Assembly (NCBI RefSeq): GCF_001194135.2
Contig: NC_068981.1
Span: forward strand, 95,591,455 to 95,655,454
From: Octopus bimaculoides
Taxonomy: Eukaryota
Direction: 5' to 3'
Length of the DNA stretch: 64,000 nt
The notes beneath the pieces were generated by a model. That model did no database searches, had not been told where the DNA came from, and saw only the letters and a program-made list of their open reading frames with translations. The position numbers were made by a program, and so were the translations under genes. Below, piece after piece: positions 12,772 through 25,490 of this stretch (its first letter is position 1; each line of letters starts with the position of its first letter).

Positions 12772-13270
12772 TGGCTGTATGGTAAGAAGTTTCTCTCCCA
12801 ATCACATGGTTTCAGGCTCAGTCCCACTGTGTAACAACTTGGGCAAGTATCTTTTACTACAACCCCGGACCAACCAAAGCCTTGAGTGGATTTGGAAGAT
12901 GAAAACTTAAAGAAGCCCATCATATCTCTCTTTATACATATATACACACACATACATTTATAGTGTATGTACTGATGTATATTGTGTGTGTGTGCGCATG
13001 TGTTTGAGAGAGAGAAAGTGCATGTATGTTTGTGTCTCCTTGCGTTGATATTGTGCAATAATTATAAAATGAATATCACAGTTATACAAACAGTGTCATT
13101 CATTCCCAATATTCTGCAGGAACATGTCTGGCCATGGAGAAATATTACCTTCCTTGGAAACAGGTGAGGTTAGGCAACAAAAAGGGTATCCAACTGTAGA
13201 AAATCTGCCTCAATAGACCCTATCCAATCCATGCAAGTATGGAATAATAGGACATTAAAATGAAGATGAT
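12772..13270 (+). mobile_element. SINE with the same tRNA head/core but an RTE-type 3' tail
   Basis: Head/core as at 20163-20575. The 3' end is aagggtatccaactgtagaaaatctgcc...catgcaagtatggaa...ggacattaaaatgaagatgat. Similar copies at 18090-18415, 21590-21955 and 28490-28820. Confidence 0.75.
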
Positions 13271-14468
13271 GAAAGAAAATCACTGGTTAATGTCCATAAT
13301 GTAGATGCAATTTGGAAAGTTCAGTGATAAAGGAATACAAGTAGATAGAAAAATAATCTTCCAGCAACAGTAACTGGGAATATTATTTTCTACATCTATT
13401 TATGTTATCTATGTGGAACATAACATCAGACTCCAAATTTGGGTTGCATGTCATGCGGAGAGTGTCATTTAGTCCCAGGTCACTGCTGATCCTACTGTGA
13501 CCATCCCACCTTTTAGTATATCTAAGATCACACTGTACAATGTCGTCTTCCTTTTTTAAACTAGTATGGGATTTGAGGAAAAATTAGCTGCTATTACTAA
13601 CAGGACAAACAACCACAAAGAAGCTCCTTAGCTCGTGTGGAGAATCTAGATGGGATAAGAGAGGTATATGGTGAAGAAAGTGTGAAAGGTTTTCTTTTAT
13701 TCTGCCTTCCTCATACACATCTTTCAGCAAAAGAGATTACGAGTAGTAATTACCCAATGTTCATTGCAAGGAAACGATATTTTCTTGCAGTTTCTTCATG
13801 AAAAATTAAAAATATTAGAACTCATATCTAACATATCAAATCTTTCAAAAAAGAAAAAAAAAAAAGCCTTGTCCAGTTAGTATTTTCTTTTTCTTCCTCA
13901 AATACACTTAAACTTTTATATTAAGTCTTCCAACTGACGATGTAATATATAAAGTCAATAGCAGAACGGTCGGTAAAATGGATCCTGCCAATTTGTTGCA
14001 AAATAACATTCATTGGTAAATTAAATAAATTCATAACTCATTAAATTAACACGTAAATGACCCTGTTTCATTTGGAGAATTAGGGTATACATGTAACTGT
14101 GTAAATGTGTGAGACAAGTCTCGACTTTTGATTTACAGTACTGTCCATCCAATGGGCTTTGATACAGTTTCCATCTAAACACAGTTTCCATCTTAGACAC
14201 TTGCTAAAGATACCATGCTGTGGGATTGAACCAAGAACTTAATTGTAAAACAAACTTCTCAACCATTAACCATACCTACGTCCACAATAGTCCTGTATAC
14301 TAAATGAGAAGCTGTGTTGTTGTCATCCTTGCCCACTACAGAAACTTGGACTTTGGTGTATTCCAGTCAGTTGGTGACCCCTTGGCTTTGTATAAATTTC
14401 TATTGCATAATAAAATTTGTACCTACAGACAGAAACATACACAGATGATGTGTTGGAGCAGCTGCAGT

Positions 14469-14506
14469 AATATTTGCTGTATACAGAAATGTATACAGCA
14501 AATATT
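14469..14506. repeat. Perfect 17-bp inverted repeat with a 4-nt spacer
   Basis: AATATTTGCTGTATACA-GAAA-TGTATACAGCAAATATT. Confidence 0.9.
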
Positions 14507-15264
14507 TCCTGCAAACTAATGGTGGGATACAATGTAATGTTGATGCTGACAGGCAGGAATTGAACTTGGTCATTAATTAATGAAATTAATTACTGCTCAG
14601 TGTGTTACTATCAGTGCCACCCTTACAGACTGGCTAATAATATCATAGTAAATAGTATTAAAATAATAGTAATAATAATGATTTCAAATTTTGGCACAAG
14701 GCCAGTATTTTCAGAGAGTGAGGGTTAATTGCGTGATTAAATGGTTTATGATTTAAGTTTGCATGCTTTCGAAATAACAAAGGATTGAAGTTAAACATAG
14801 TTTCATATTATATATTTGAGAGGATTAATAAAGTTGGTTGATTAGTTATCATTAGTCATGTTCATACATCTTGCAAGAAGCAAATCAATTCTCTAAACGC
14901 TTTCCCAGCACAGTATAGCAAGTGAGCTTGCAAGTTAATAATCTAATGGATCAATGATTATAATATCAATTTTTAAAAAACAATAACATGATAAACAGTT
15001 TTGTAACAGAATTGTTTCAGTTAAATTAAACCTAGAGACTTTACCTCAACATGAACATGTATTAAGGTGGCATGTAGTTATTTCCATGCACGTTTATGAA
15101 TCTTCAGCTGACCTTTACATCTGTAAACAGATTTAGGTATTTAATAGAAGAGAGTGTAATTATGGAGGATACTATCAGCAATAGATAATGACATTTCTAG
15201 AGTGCTGTCAATTCATCTTAAATTAAAATAGAGAAAAATGTCCATGATAAATTGAAAAAAAAAA

Positions 15265-15570
15265 ATATGAGGAAGGGAGGGAGGAAGGAGGAGTGACAGT
15301 GCAGAACACAAAAGCAAGTGAGAACAAATAAAAGAGAAGTAAATGAGAGTGAGAAGGGGAGAGGGAGAGAGGGAAACAAGAAAAATGAAGAGAGGAGATA
15401 AGGAAGATGAGAAAAAGGGAGGGAAAGCAGTGAGAGAGAGAGATAAGGAGAAGAAAAGTGAAACAGAGAGTAACGGACAGAAAGTAAAATAAAGAGTGAG
15501 AAAGTGAGTGAAACAGAGAATGAATGAGAGAAAGACAGAGAGCAAGAAAGGAACAGAAAAAAAGAAAGAT
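15265..15570. repeat. Purine-rich (GA/AAAG) low-complexity tract
   Basis: Strongly A/G-biased. It produces the spurious S/L/F-rich ORFs at 15213-15598. Confidence 0.85.
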
Positions 15571-16907
15571 CAAATTCCAATACTAAATGAACAAGCACAG
15601 TTAAAACAAGATTTCAACATAAAGTTCATTTTCTGACATTGAGCAAGTGAACTTACCCATGCAGGACATATATAACGTAGAGGTCCAAATGAACACATTA
15701 AATAAGCTAGTAGTTAAATGATGATGCACTGGTCAGCAGTAGCAAGAGCTGGACAGCAACTTTTAGTAAACAAAAGTGATAATCATCACTAACGGACACT
15801 TTAACCATTTGTTGTATATACTGTATACTGACTGCTAGCAGTGAAGATGACAGATGTAGTCTTCAAACACTTCACGCATTTAGCAGCAGCTAGAGCACTT
15901 AGATATGTACTGAAATTAGTTGTAGTAGGCAGATGGCCCAAGGCCAAGCTTATATAGCCTCCTTCACAGAAGCAGTAGGAGGAGAAATAAAATCTTCAAC
16001 TGGTTATATAAATGATAGAGCATTGAGAATAGATGTTTCATAGTTTATTGACTACACAGCTTTCAGACAATGACAAATAATAAAGCAAGTACATATTACA
16101 TATGACTGGAAAACAGACTTGTCTGTGTGCAGTTCTATTTCACTTATGCTGCTGGGACTGAACATAAATTTTTATTAAGGAAAAAATAAATGGACACTAT
16201 ATAAAACATTCAGGCATATATTACAATGTTTTCTGGAAGCATGCAATATCATTTATTGATCATATGGTGCTAAGTACATATGTAGTATTTTTAAAAATTA
16301 GTCTGAGGAGAAGGAGGAATTTCATTAGAAATATGGGAATATACATGAAAGAGATTAGAGCTTTGACTCACAGGTTAGAGAAAAGGCAAAAATAAAGTGT
16401 GAAGAAAATTCCAGACAGATGGTGGTTCTAGCAAATAAATGGAAGGGATCATGATGTGTACTTCTTTTAAGTAATAAGTGTGGAAGAGTGGTGTATGAAA
16501 CTGGCAGGATGTTTGATGTATCAATGTTTGGTGTAAACATAATCAATGATAATTATGTGTAATTAAAAATAAAAGCTTTGGCATAGATTATAGACAATTA
16601 ATTGATACCAATCAGTCCAACATGTTTCCTGATATTAGAACAGCTGTACAATCCTTTAGTACTAAGGTGATATATATATATAAACACTGAATAAATTCCT
16701 GATACAAATTAAAATTGTCTTTTCTTTCTAGAGTGTTTCAAAAAGTGCTTGTAACCTGAGAAACACCAACATTATAATCTCCATGTTGTTATCCTCAAGA
16801 CAAAGAGTGATCTATAATAATCCACTTGCTAACTAATATGTAAAACATAATCAGTAAACTCAGTTTCTGTGTAGATTCTAAGTAATGAGAAGTAATACAT
16901 TTCTTAC

Positions 16908-17124
16908 CTTGTGTCGTGGGTGATAGGAATTGTGATCTAAGATATGATGGATGCGACAATCATCTTCAAACTTAGTACCTTCTGTGCAAGAGGTTGAACC
17001 ACAGCAAGCTCCAATAGCTGAGGATGAAGTTAAGTGACTACTGTCTTCTTCATCTGAGTGATCATCAAATATAACACCAGAGTCCTCCCCACAACACCTT
17101 TCTTGGTCTACATTAGATGGTAAC
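16908..17124 (-). CDS. Internal coding exon (217 nt, phase 2-0): LPSNVDQERCCGEDSGVIFDDHSDEEDSS...HHILDHNSYHPRHK
   Basis: Acceptor ttttcttttcttag at 17125-17126, donor AAG|gtaaga. One open frame, in phase with exons 17692 and 8666. Confidence 0.85.
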
Positions 17125-17463
17125 CTAAGAAAAGAAAATAATTGCTTTCAAACTTAGAGATATGCAAGTGCACTTACAAATTCATTTTTTACTATAATGG
17201 GAATATTAAAAAGCACAGAGAATGGAGAAGTTGCAGAAAGTTGAAAAAAGTTTTAAATGTTTACTACCAGCAAGGAGTAAACAAAAAAAAACAAAACATT
17301 TTAGTGATGAGGATGCTGAAATTTAATAGTGTTAGTTTTATTACACAAAATGGTTTAAAAAAAAAATCTTTATTGTAAAGAAGTCTAAGTACTCAACTCA
17401 GAATACAAAAGATAACCAAATTATTCACTAAGTTAAATGTCATTACCAATACACACACCTTAC

Positions 17464-17480
17464 CTAACTATCAGATGGCA
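17464..17480 (-). CDS. Candidate 17-nt microexon (CHLIV(R) in phase 0; premature TGA in phase 2)
   Basis: ccttttgtcaacttttag|TGCCATCTGATAGTTAG|gtaagg. Good splice signals, uncertain use. Confidence 0.3.
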
Positions 17481-17691
17481 CTAAAAGTTGACAAAAGGAT
17501 TCAAAACTCCATCTCTTAAAGAAGAGACAGAGTTCCATTAAGATGGCAGCAGTGAAGCGTATGAATAATTTTGATTATAAGTAACACTGTTGCTTGAAAA
17601 AAGACTAGTGGGAAATAAGACCAATGACTGCAAATATATTGAGTGACGGATACATAGAGAGCAGAAGGTGAAGGTTAAGAAGTACATTTAC

Positions 17692-17787
17692 CTTGGAAAG
17701 CAACTATCTACAAGAAACATCATAGAAGAAGAAACCAACTGCTGTATCAATCTAAGTTGGCGAACATTGGAAAGGCTCAGGTGTCTC
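17692..17787 (-). CDS. Internal coding exon (96 nt, phase 2-2): RHLSLSNVRQLRLIQQLVSSSMMFLVDSCFPR
   Basis: Acceptor tgtttttttttag at 17788-17789, donor AAG|gtaaat. Open frame in phase with neighbours. Confidence 0.85.
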
Positions 17788-18903
17788 CTAAAAAAAAACA
17801 TAATAAAAATCAAAAAAATCCGAGCTATCTGAACATACTATATAAATTACTGTGGAGAACAAACAGCTGACTACTATAAATTTCCTTGCCACACCATCTC
17901 TTCAAAAACATGAAAGTTCTAAAACAATAATTCTAAAAATTACATAAGCCTTTATCAATGAAATATATGGGAACAATTTTCATCTAAAATGATGTTTATT
18001 ATAAAATATTTAACAATATATCTAATAAGCAAAACAATAGAATACAGTTTGAAACCATCTCCACTGCATGACATCAGTGGCTTATGTCTTTACAACAGCT
18101 GCAAGTTGACCAATGCCTTGTGAGTAGACAGAATCTTTAAGAAGCTCATTGTGTGCACATGTGTAGACTCCTTTTCTTGTGACATATACACACTGATTAA
18201 AAACAGAGTTACTGAACACAGTGTCATTTGTTTATAGACTTCAATGAAAATATGTCTGGTTATTGAGCTGTTTGCTGTTCAGAGAGTGAGGGTAAATACT
18301 ATCTTGCTTGGAAACAAGTGAGAGTTGACAAGGAAGAACATTTGGCCATAGAAAATCTTCCACAAGATTGATCTAACCAATGTCAGTATAGGAAAGTAGA
18401 AGTTAAAACAATGATCATTTCTTATTTCAACAAAACTCAAATTAAAGGATGATAATCTCTATGTTTCCACCAGAACTTTCTATTTGGACAAGACACTCAG
18501 TAGGCACCATTGGCAGAAATAGCTCAACCTTTTAGGTAGTATAGTATGACATGATTGAATGTTTTCTTTTTTAACTTACAAGAAAAAATTACTACATTGT
18601 AACCACTATACGAGACTCTCAAATTGACAGGATTGTCAGAATTCAATGTCTTTACAAATATCTTCAATAGTAACAAGTAGTTATAGAGAAGAAAAGTAAC
18701 CCGAATTTGATAAATTAGCCATACACTAAATCAATTTTTAAGGTGAATAATTTTCTGAAACTAGCAAAGAGATTGTGACTCATTTATTTTTATAATTTGT
18801 ATATATTTATTTTATTATAAATACAAAACACCACCACAGAGAAATCAACATAAGCTTAAATAATAAACCGCAATAGGTGAACAGCAATATGATGAAGTAT
18901 TAC

Positions 18904-18975
<72 letters not shown>

Positions 18976-19168
18976 GACTTCTCTTTATAGACTAATGCAA
19001 TGTTACTGCACAGCTCAATGAAATATGTTCAGGTTTGAATTCAACATTTTCTTTTACAAAATTAAAACTATACAACCCTACTAACATATATTTCATTACA
19101 GCCTGCATTAAGTGTTGTAAGAGAAACTTTGCTACCAACTAAATCTGCAGTCCCCCATGGATAAGACA

Positions 19169-19345
19169 GTTGACAGGAAGTGGCCAGGTGGAAGACTACC
19201 CCAAGTTACTGTATCTGTTTTGGTAAAAACCCTGTCAAAACAGACTCAGTAGCTTGGGGTAGTCTTCTACCTGGCTGGCTCCTGCCAACCGTCCTACCCA
19301 TGCTTGCATGGAAAACGGATGCTGAATGATGATGATGATGATGAT
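19169..19345 (+). mobile_element. RTE-like 3'-end copy with a 5' fold-back inversion
   Basis: Tail ...catggaaaacggatgctgaatgatgatgat. The 5' part is an inverted copy of its own internal sequence. Confidence 0.75.
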
Positions 19346-19572
19346 ATAAATATTTAGGCATGTTTTTCCCCACAAAGATAAGGTGAAAAGGTGGCCAACA
19401 AATTCATGCAATTTGACTGACCTGCAACATATTTTATGATCATGTCCATCTCAAAGCAAATACTATGAGAACAGAATGAAATGTTTTGCTAGCTGTGTGT
19501 GAGTGTGTGTAATCATTTAAGACTGCATGTCTAAAAAAACAAGTGTTTGAAGATACTTGAGGAATATATTAC

Positions 19573-19586
19573 CTACTGTACACAAC
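19573..19586 (-). CDS. Candidate 14-nt microexon VVYS(R), phase 0-2
   Basis: tagctttgttag|GTTGTGTACAGTAG|gtaata. Restores frame together with the 31-nt exon. Confidence 0.35.
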
Positions 19587-20162
19587 CTAACAAAGCTATA
19601 ATATAAAAGCACTTATTCTTATATGTATCATTTCTCTAAAATGTATTTGGCATTTGATATTTACTTAGGGAAAGGAGAGAGAGCGTTTTATAGCTTATTA
19701 AAACATTTGTATGGTCCAAAGTTAAAAATTCATAAACATGTTTATATTAGAGAGTGGAATAAACTATTATATATACATAAAGAAATTAACATTACTCAAC
19801 TTGCTCTCTTTTAGTTATAAATTATAAAATCTACATTCTGTAAGTATTTTGAATAAATTGTTTATTTTGGCAGCAGTCTTCATAAAACACTGCTGTATGC
19901 CCAAGGTTGCCCATATGTGATTTGAAGAACAGAAACTTGATCAACTTTCTTTTATATATGATTAACCATTTAAAATTAACTTTTTTGATCAATGAACTTT
20001 GTAGTTCCCACTGTTGATCCATAGGATTTTACTGAGCCTTTAGACAGTGTTATTTACCCTTGGGATCCTATATCACTTGGGAAGGCATGAGCTAGAGTGA
20101 AAAGGAAGGAGAGTATTGGAGTTACTGGGTGAGATTTGCTAGTTGATATTGTATTAGAGGGA

Positions 20163-20575
20163 TACTCTTTTACTTGTTTCAGTCATTTGACTGCGGTCAT
20201 GCTGGGGCACCGCCTTTAGTCGAGCAAATCGACCCCAGGACTTATTCTTTGCAAGCCTAGTACTTATTCTATCAGTCTCTTTTTGCCGAACCGCTAAGTT
20301 ACGGGGACGTAAACACACCACCATCGGTTGTCAAGCGAAGTTAGGGGGACAAATACAGACACACAAACATATACACACACACACATATATATATATACAT
20401 ATATACGACGGGCTTCTTTCAGTTTCCGTCTACCAAATCCACTCACAAGGCTTTGGTCAGCCCAAGGCTATAGTAGAAGACACTTGCCCAAGGTGCCACG
20501 CAGTGAGACTGAACCCAGAACCATGTGGTTGGTAAGCAAGCTACTTACCACACAGCCACTCCAGCACCTAAAAAA
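20163..20575 (-). mobile_element. Full-length tRNA-head SINE (CORE-like middle, central (TA/TG)n, tail ...gactgaaacaagtaaaagagt)
   Basis: Head gtggctgtgtggtaagtagcttg...gggttcagtc, then gtggcaccttgggcaagtgtc. Homologues at 25106-25490(+), 26171-26340(+), 31843-32015(+), 32705-33000(-), 51160-51520(+) and 62222-62620(-). Confidence 0.88.
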
Positions 20576-21058
20576 AATACTGTGCCCCAAAAATTATAGT
20601 TTCTAAATGTTGACACAAAGTACAATAAGTAGACTTTTCACAAGTTATCAATATGACTCTTCTAACATTTAACTGAACTCAATACACAAGACAATTTGCA
20701 ATATAATTCTCTCAATATATATTAAATCAAGAATCTGCAGGGAGAAGAATGAGTAATGTTGTGAAAGAGCAAATCTAGAAAAACAATTTCCTAGTACTCA
20801 AGAAGCAAAACATAATAATCACACAAACTCATAAGCAGTAACAATGATCTTTAACTTTTAAAACCTTCCATTAAAATCTCATGTCCCAAACACCAGCTTA
20901 ATAATAACAGTGTGTTTCAACAGAAATATGGTAACAAAAGGGTTAAGTCTATTGAATCAATTCAGTTTCTCACTGATCTGTTTTTCTTGTTTATTTATCA
21001 ATCCCAGAGAGATGACAACAAGCAAAGACAAGATTGGTGGGATTTCAATAACATCAAC

Positions 21059-21090
21059 CTTTAATCTTAGCCAAAAGGTCAAGTAGCTAT
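21059..21090 (-). pseudogene. Diverged U2 snRNA 5' fragment (about nt 1-32)
   Basis: Minus strand ATAGCTACTTGACCTTTTGGCTAAGATTAAAG, 27/32 identical to ATCGCTTCTCGGCCTTTTGGCTAAGATCAAAG. Confidence 0.65.
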
Positions 21091-22065
21091 ACCAAAAAAA
21101 TTATAGTTTCTAAATGTTGACACAAAATGACAAATTTACAAAGCAAAGACAATGTAGCTTGAACAAACTCCAACGCACAAGTGGGTCTTATTTTATTGGT
21201 TCTGGAGTAATGGAAAACATTCTAATTTAACTGAATATTTTATCTATTTCTGCCATTTAATGATGTCAACAAGCCACACATTTGACTGAACACCAGCACT
21301 TTACCAATATTTGAACTTAGAATATAGAGAAGGATGAAACTGTTGAACATCGTAAGACACTTTCTCAAAGCTCTGCTAATTTGGCCACTCTACTACCCCT
21401 GCCTGTAATAAGTATTATTTTCTAAATTGGCACAAGAGAACAGACTTTCTTGAGCAGAAATGTGAATGAAATGAAGTCAATCACTGATGACCACTATTGA
21501 AAAAAAATAAATAAATAAAACATCAGTAATACAGTGTTTCCACACACTTATTTCAGGTTTATTTAGGTATAAGCTTGCTGCTTGTTTAAGAAGCTCACTT
21601 TTTAACCATGTGCCACACAGTGGCACCTTGTGCAAGTGACTTCTACTCTACCCCATGCTGACTAAAACCTTGTGAGTGGATTTGGTAGGCAGAAACTGAA
21701 AGAAACCCATCATATGCATGTATACATACATAGGTGTGTGTATTTGTGTGTACCCTTGTCTTGATATCATGAGATGGCTGTAAATGAGCATCAACGTCAT
21801 ACAAGTGATGCTGTTCATTTCCAGTCTTCTGTGGAAAATATCACCTTACCTGGACACAGGTGAGGGTTGGCAACAGGAAGAGCAACTTGCTGTAGAAGAA
21901 TCTGCCTCAAATCGTCTGATGCATACGAGTGTGGAAATGTGAATGTTAATAGTGATATTTCATGTTTAGTTCAGCATTTATTTTTCCATTCTAGAATGAG
22001 GAAGATGATTTAGGAAAATTTTGACTCAAATTATTAGGTCAATTTCCTTCATTGAACACTAAATT

Positions 22066-22549
22066 CCGCTTGCGAAGACCTGTTGAGGCAATCGAAATCG
22101 AACTAAATTTGACGACTGGCACCCATGCCAATGTTGCCGCCTTCATTGTACATGAAACTCAGCTTGTGAAGACCTGTTGGGGCAAGTGAAAGCGAAATTG
22201 TGATGGCACCTGTGCCCAGCGGCGCCTTCCTGGCACTTGTGCCAGTGGCACGTGTAAAGACATTCGAGCGAAATCGTTGCCAGTGCTGCTGGACTGGCTC
22301 CTGTGCAGGTGGCACTTAAAATACACCATTTTGAGCGTGGCCGTTGCCAGTACCACCTGACTGGCTTTCGTGCCGGTGGCACGTAAAAGCACCCACTACA
22401 CTCTCGTTGGCGTTAGGAAAGGCATCCAGCTGTAGAAACTCTGCCAAATCAGATTGGAGCGTGGTGCAGCCTTCTGGCTTGCCAGTCCTCAGTCAAATCG
22501 TCCAACCCATGCTAGCATGGAAAGCGGACGTTAAACGATGATGATGATG
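22066..22549 (+). mobile_element. RTE 3' UTR plus tail copy with tandem modules
   Basis: Homologous to the reverse complement of 55088-55850. Confidence 0.88.
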
Positions 22550-23757
22550 AATTTCCAATTTATACTTTACATCTGAATTCATTCTATTATTAGGTTTTGT
22601 TATGAGATTCCACAGCAAGTAGCAAGCATTGTCACGAAATTTTTTCCAGACTTCATGACTATTCATCCCTTAAAAAAACCCTCATTTTTTAGGAAAGGCA
22701 TCCTGCTGTAGAAACCAAACCAAAACAGACTATGAAACCTGGTGCTTTCCTTTCGAAAGTCCTAAGTTACTCTGGTGATTGAAAAAAAAAAAAAAAGAAA
22801 ATGAGGAATATGTATCATATATATGATACATGGACGATAGGAAAGTATGTGAATCACATGTGATACACAGGACGGGACAGGCAAAGGGTTAAATTTCGAA
22901 TGACTATCTCTGCTAATTAATCCCCCAAATAATCCAGTTAGAAGGTTACTTAAAAAACAAAAAAAGTTGTAAATCACTGCTTATATTTCAGGAATAGGCA
23001 GAGTGAGGCAAGCAGAGTAGAGCAAGTGAACCTTGAACAAATAAGCTATAGCAAAGTTTGATACCAGTGAACATATTTCAAATTATCACAGCTGCAATAA
23101 CTATAAATAGCAGACTGCTTGGTTTTATATACAATCATATCTGTCACACTCGCACTCATTATCCACATTGCTAGACTCTCCTCCACTCCAGTTCATCTAA
23201 TCCTTAGTTTTTTTTTTTTTGTTTGTTTTTTCATCGAATACTAAATCCAGACTACATAACAAAAGCGTATCCAACCAAGTTCAGGAGTCCCACCTTGTCT
23301 ATAGAGGTCAAAATGAACAATATCAAATGACAACCCCAAAAAAGATAAAGAAAAAATATCAAAATGTTTGATAAGCCCTGTTTTTAAATTTGACTGCTAT
23401 ACTTAATAATCATACATTATCATTTATCTGTGTTTCTCTTGGCAAGTAAAAATTATAAGGTAGTCTCACAGAGAGAGAGAGAGAGTGAGAGGAAGAGAGA
23501 GAGAGAGAGGGAGAGGAAGGGAGGAGGCGCTGCTGAGACTAAGACAGCCTTCGTGTCGTCAGTGTTTTGGATAGAACAGGAAATAAATAACAGATTAAAA
23601 GGAAAAAAAGCTGCTACTAATAGAGAAACAGACATGAGCTTTCTCTGTTTCTCTCTCTGGCATTTGCATAAAGAAAAACCACAAAAATACTGAGCCGCTG
23701 TGAACAGGGATGCTTAACAACTCATCACCTAGTATACTAACATTTTTGATCAATATA

Positions 23758-23792
<35 letters not shown>

Positions 23793-25105
23793 TTCTTTCA
23801 ACTGTTTTATCTACAGCTTTTTATTTATCAACTACCAATAAACCTTAGGCATTAAGCTAAGCTTACTCAAAACATTATGTACCAACAGTATTAAGAAATA
23901 CCGAACCATCTCAAACAACAAGACAATATTAAAATATAAATAAATACCCACCCCACCTCTCCGGGCACGTGAAAAATCCAATGTTAGTATTTTGTGCAAC
24001 AGAGGAGAATTATGAAACAACTCTTAAAGCGACGAACAGAACAATAACCTATACTCTAATGATTCAATCATTTAATAAAAGCAACAGGAAATATATCAGT
24101 GATAAAACCTATCAGATTTGCTACTAATTTAAGGTGAAACACTAGGACTTTAGCATACAAAGAAACGTCATTCAATTAGGAAGTCAAACTACTAACTACT
24201 CTTCTAGGAAGGCACAAAAAAAAAAAAGAAAAGAAAAAACAGCTATAGGTACTGCGTCACATTACTAAATCAATGAACGCATATTTATATAAGTAAAAAT
24301 TTCTGGTTAACTCCGTTGGAAATTTAAAGATGTATAACTACGTATATAAAAATTACCTACAGGAAGTACAGACATAAAATGACATGTGGTAATTTAATTT
24401 GAGCTCTACCTTCCCTAGTCCAAAAATAACACTTGTGGGGCGGGTCGATAAAACAAAGTGTAGTACATAATATATACTGGTCATCAGACTCCAATGACCA
24501 ACACATAAACCAACCCACTCCGGCTTCACCAGCCTACTTAAACGCCAACACACTGTCTGACTAATAGAAAACAGCTACGTCAGAGATACATTGAAAATAC
24601 TTCAACAAGAACGAAATGTAAACAAACACGACAATCACGAAAAGCTAACCTTCAACCACAACTGAAGTACTTTGGCTTGAAACAACAATAATGCAAGGGC
24701 CTGGAAAGCATTTAGGACAATACAAGACAAAGGGTTGGGGATGATAACCACGACCACCACCACGACCACCATCCCCTGCTTAGAATGCGATTGGCTGAAA
24801 GACACTTCAAATCAATCCTTCAAAGTTTTTAAATGGTGTGGGAGTTGATTTCCTCTTGTAACAACAGCTTCATCTTCATGCACACACACACACACACACA
24901 CACTGCAACGGGGTAAATGATAGAGAAGGCATCTTACTGGGAGGAGGGAAGACAAAATGGGACATATGACGGGGACATGCACATTGCAAAGGTAAAACTA
25001 CTGAGGAAAGGTTGGGACTCTGAATAACTGATAGGAGGGGCAGCACTTGAGTCCTGCCGCAGAAAACCTCCCTCAGATTCAAGTGACTTGATGAAAAAAC
25101 ATAAG

Positions 25106-25247
25106 CTTGGCTGTGTGGTAGGAAGCTTGTTTCTCAACCACATGGTTCCGTGGCAGTGTAGGCAAATGTCTTCTACTGCAGCCTTGGGCCGACCAAAGCC
25201 TTGTGAGTGGATTTGGTAGACGGAAACTGAAGGAAGCCTGTCGTATG

Positions 25248-25279
<32 letters not shown>

Positions 25280-25490
25280 TATATAATTTGCATATGTCTG
25301 TGTTTGTTCCTCCACCATTGCTTGACAACTGATGTTGGTGTGTTAAGGTCCCTGTAACTTAGCGGTTTGGCTAAGGAGACCGATAGAATAAGTACTAGGC
25401 TCACAAAGAATAAATCCAGGTTTCGATTTGCTTAACTAAAAGTGGTGCTCCAGCATGGCTGCAGTCAAATGACAAATGAAAGAATAACTT
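25106..25490 (+). mobile_element. Full-length copy of the same SINE family
   Basis: Colinear with the reverse complement of 20163-20575. Confidence 0.85.

Noticed and set aside
15213-15598. Three overlapping hydrophobic ORFs
   Set aside because: Products of a purine-rich low-complexity tract.
15657-15706. Strong donor TGG|gtaagt at 15651-15656 with a possible 50-nt exon
   Set aside because: The only nearby acceptor gives a stop in the required phase 0, and no partner exon was found.
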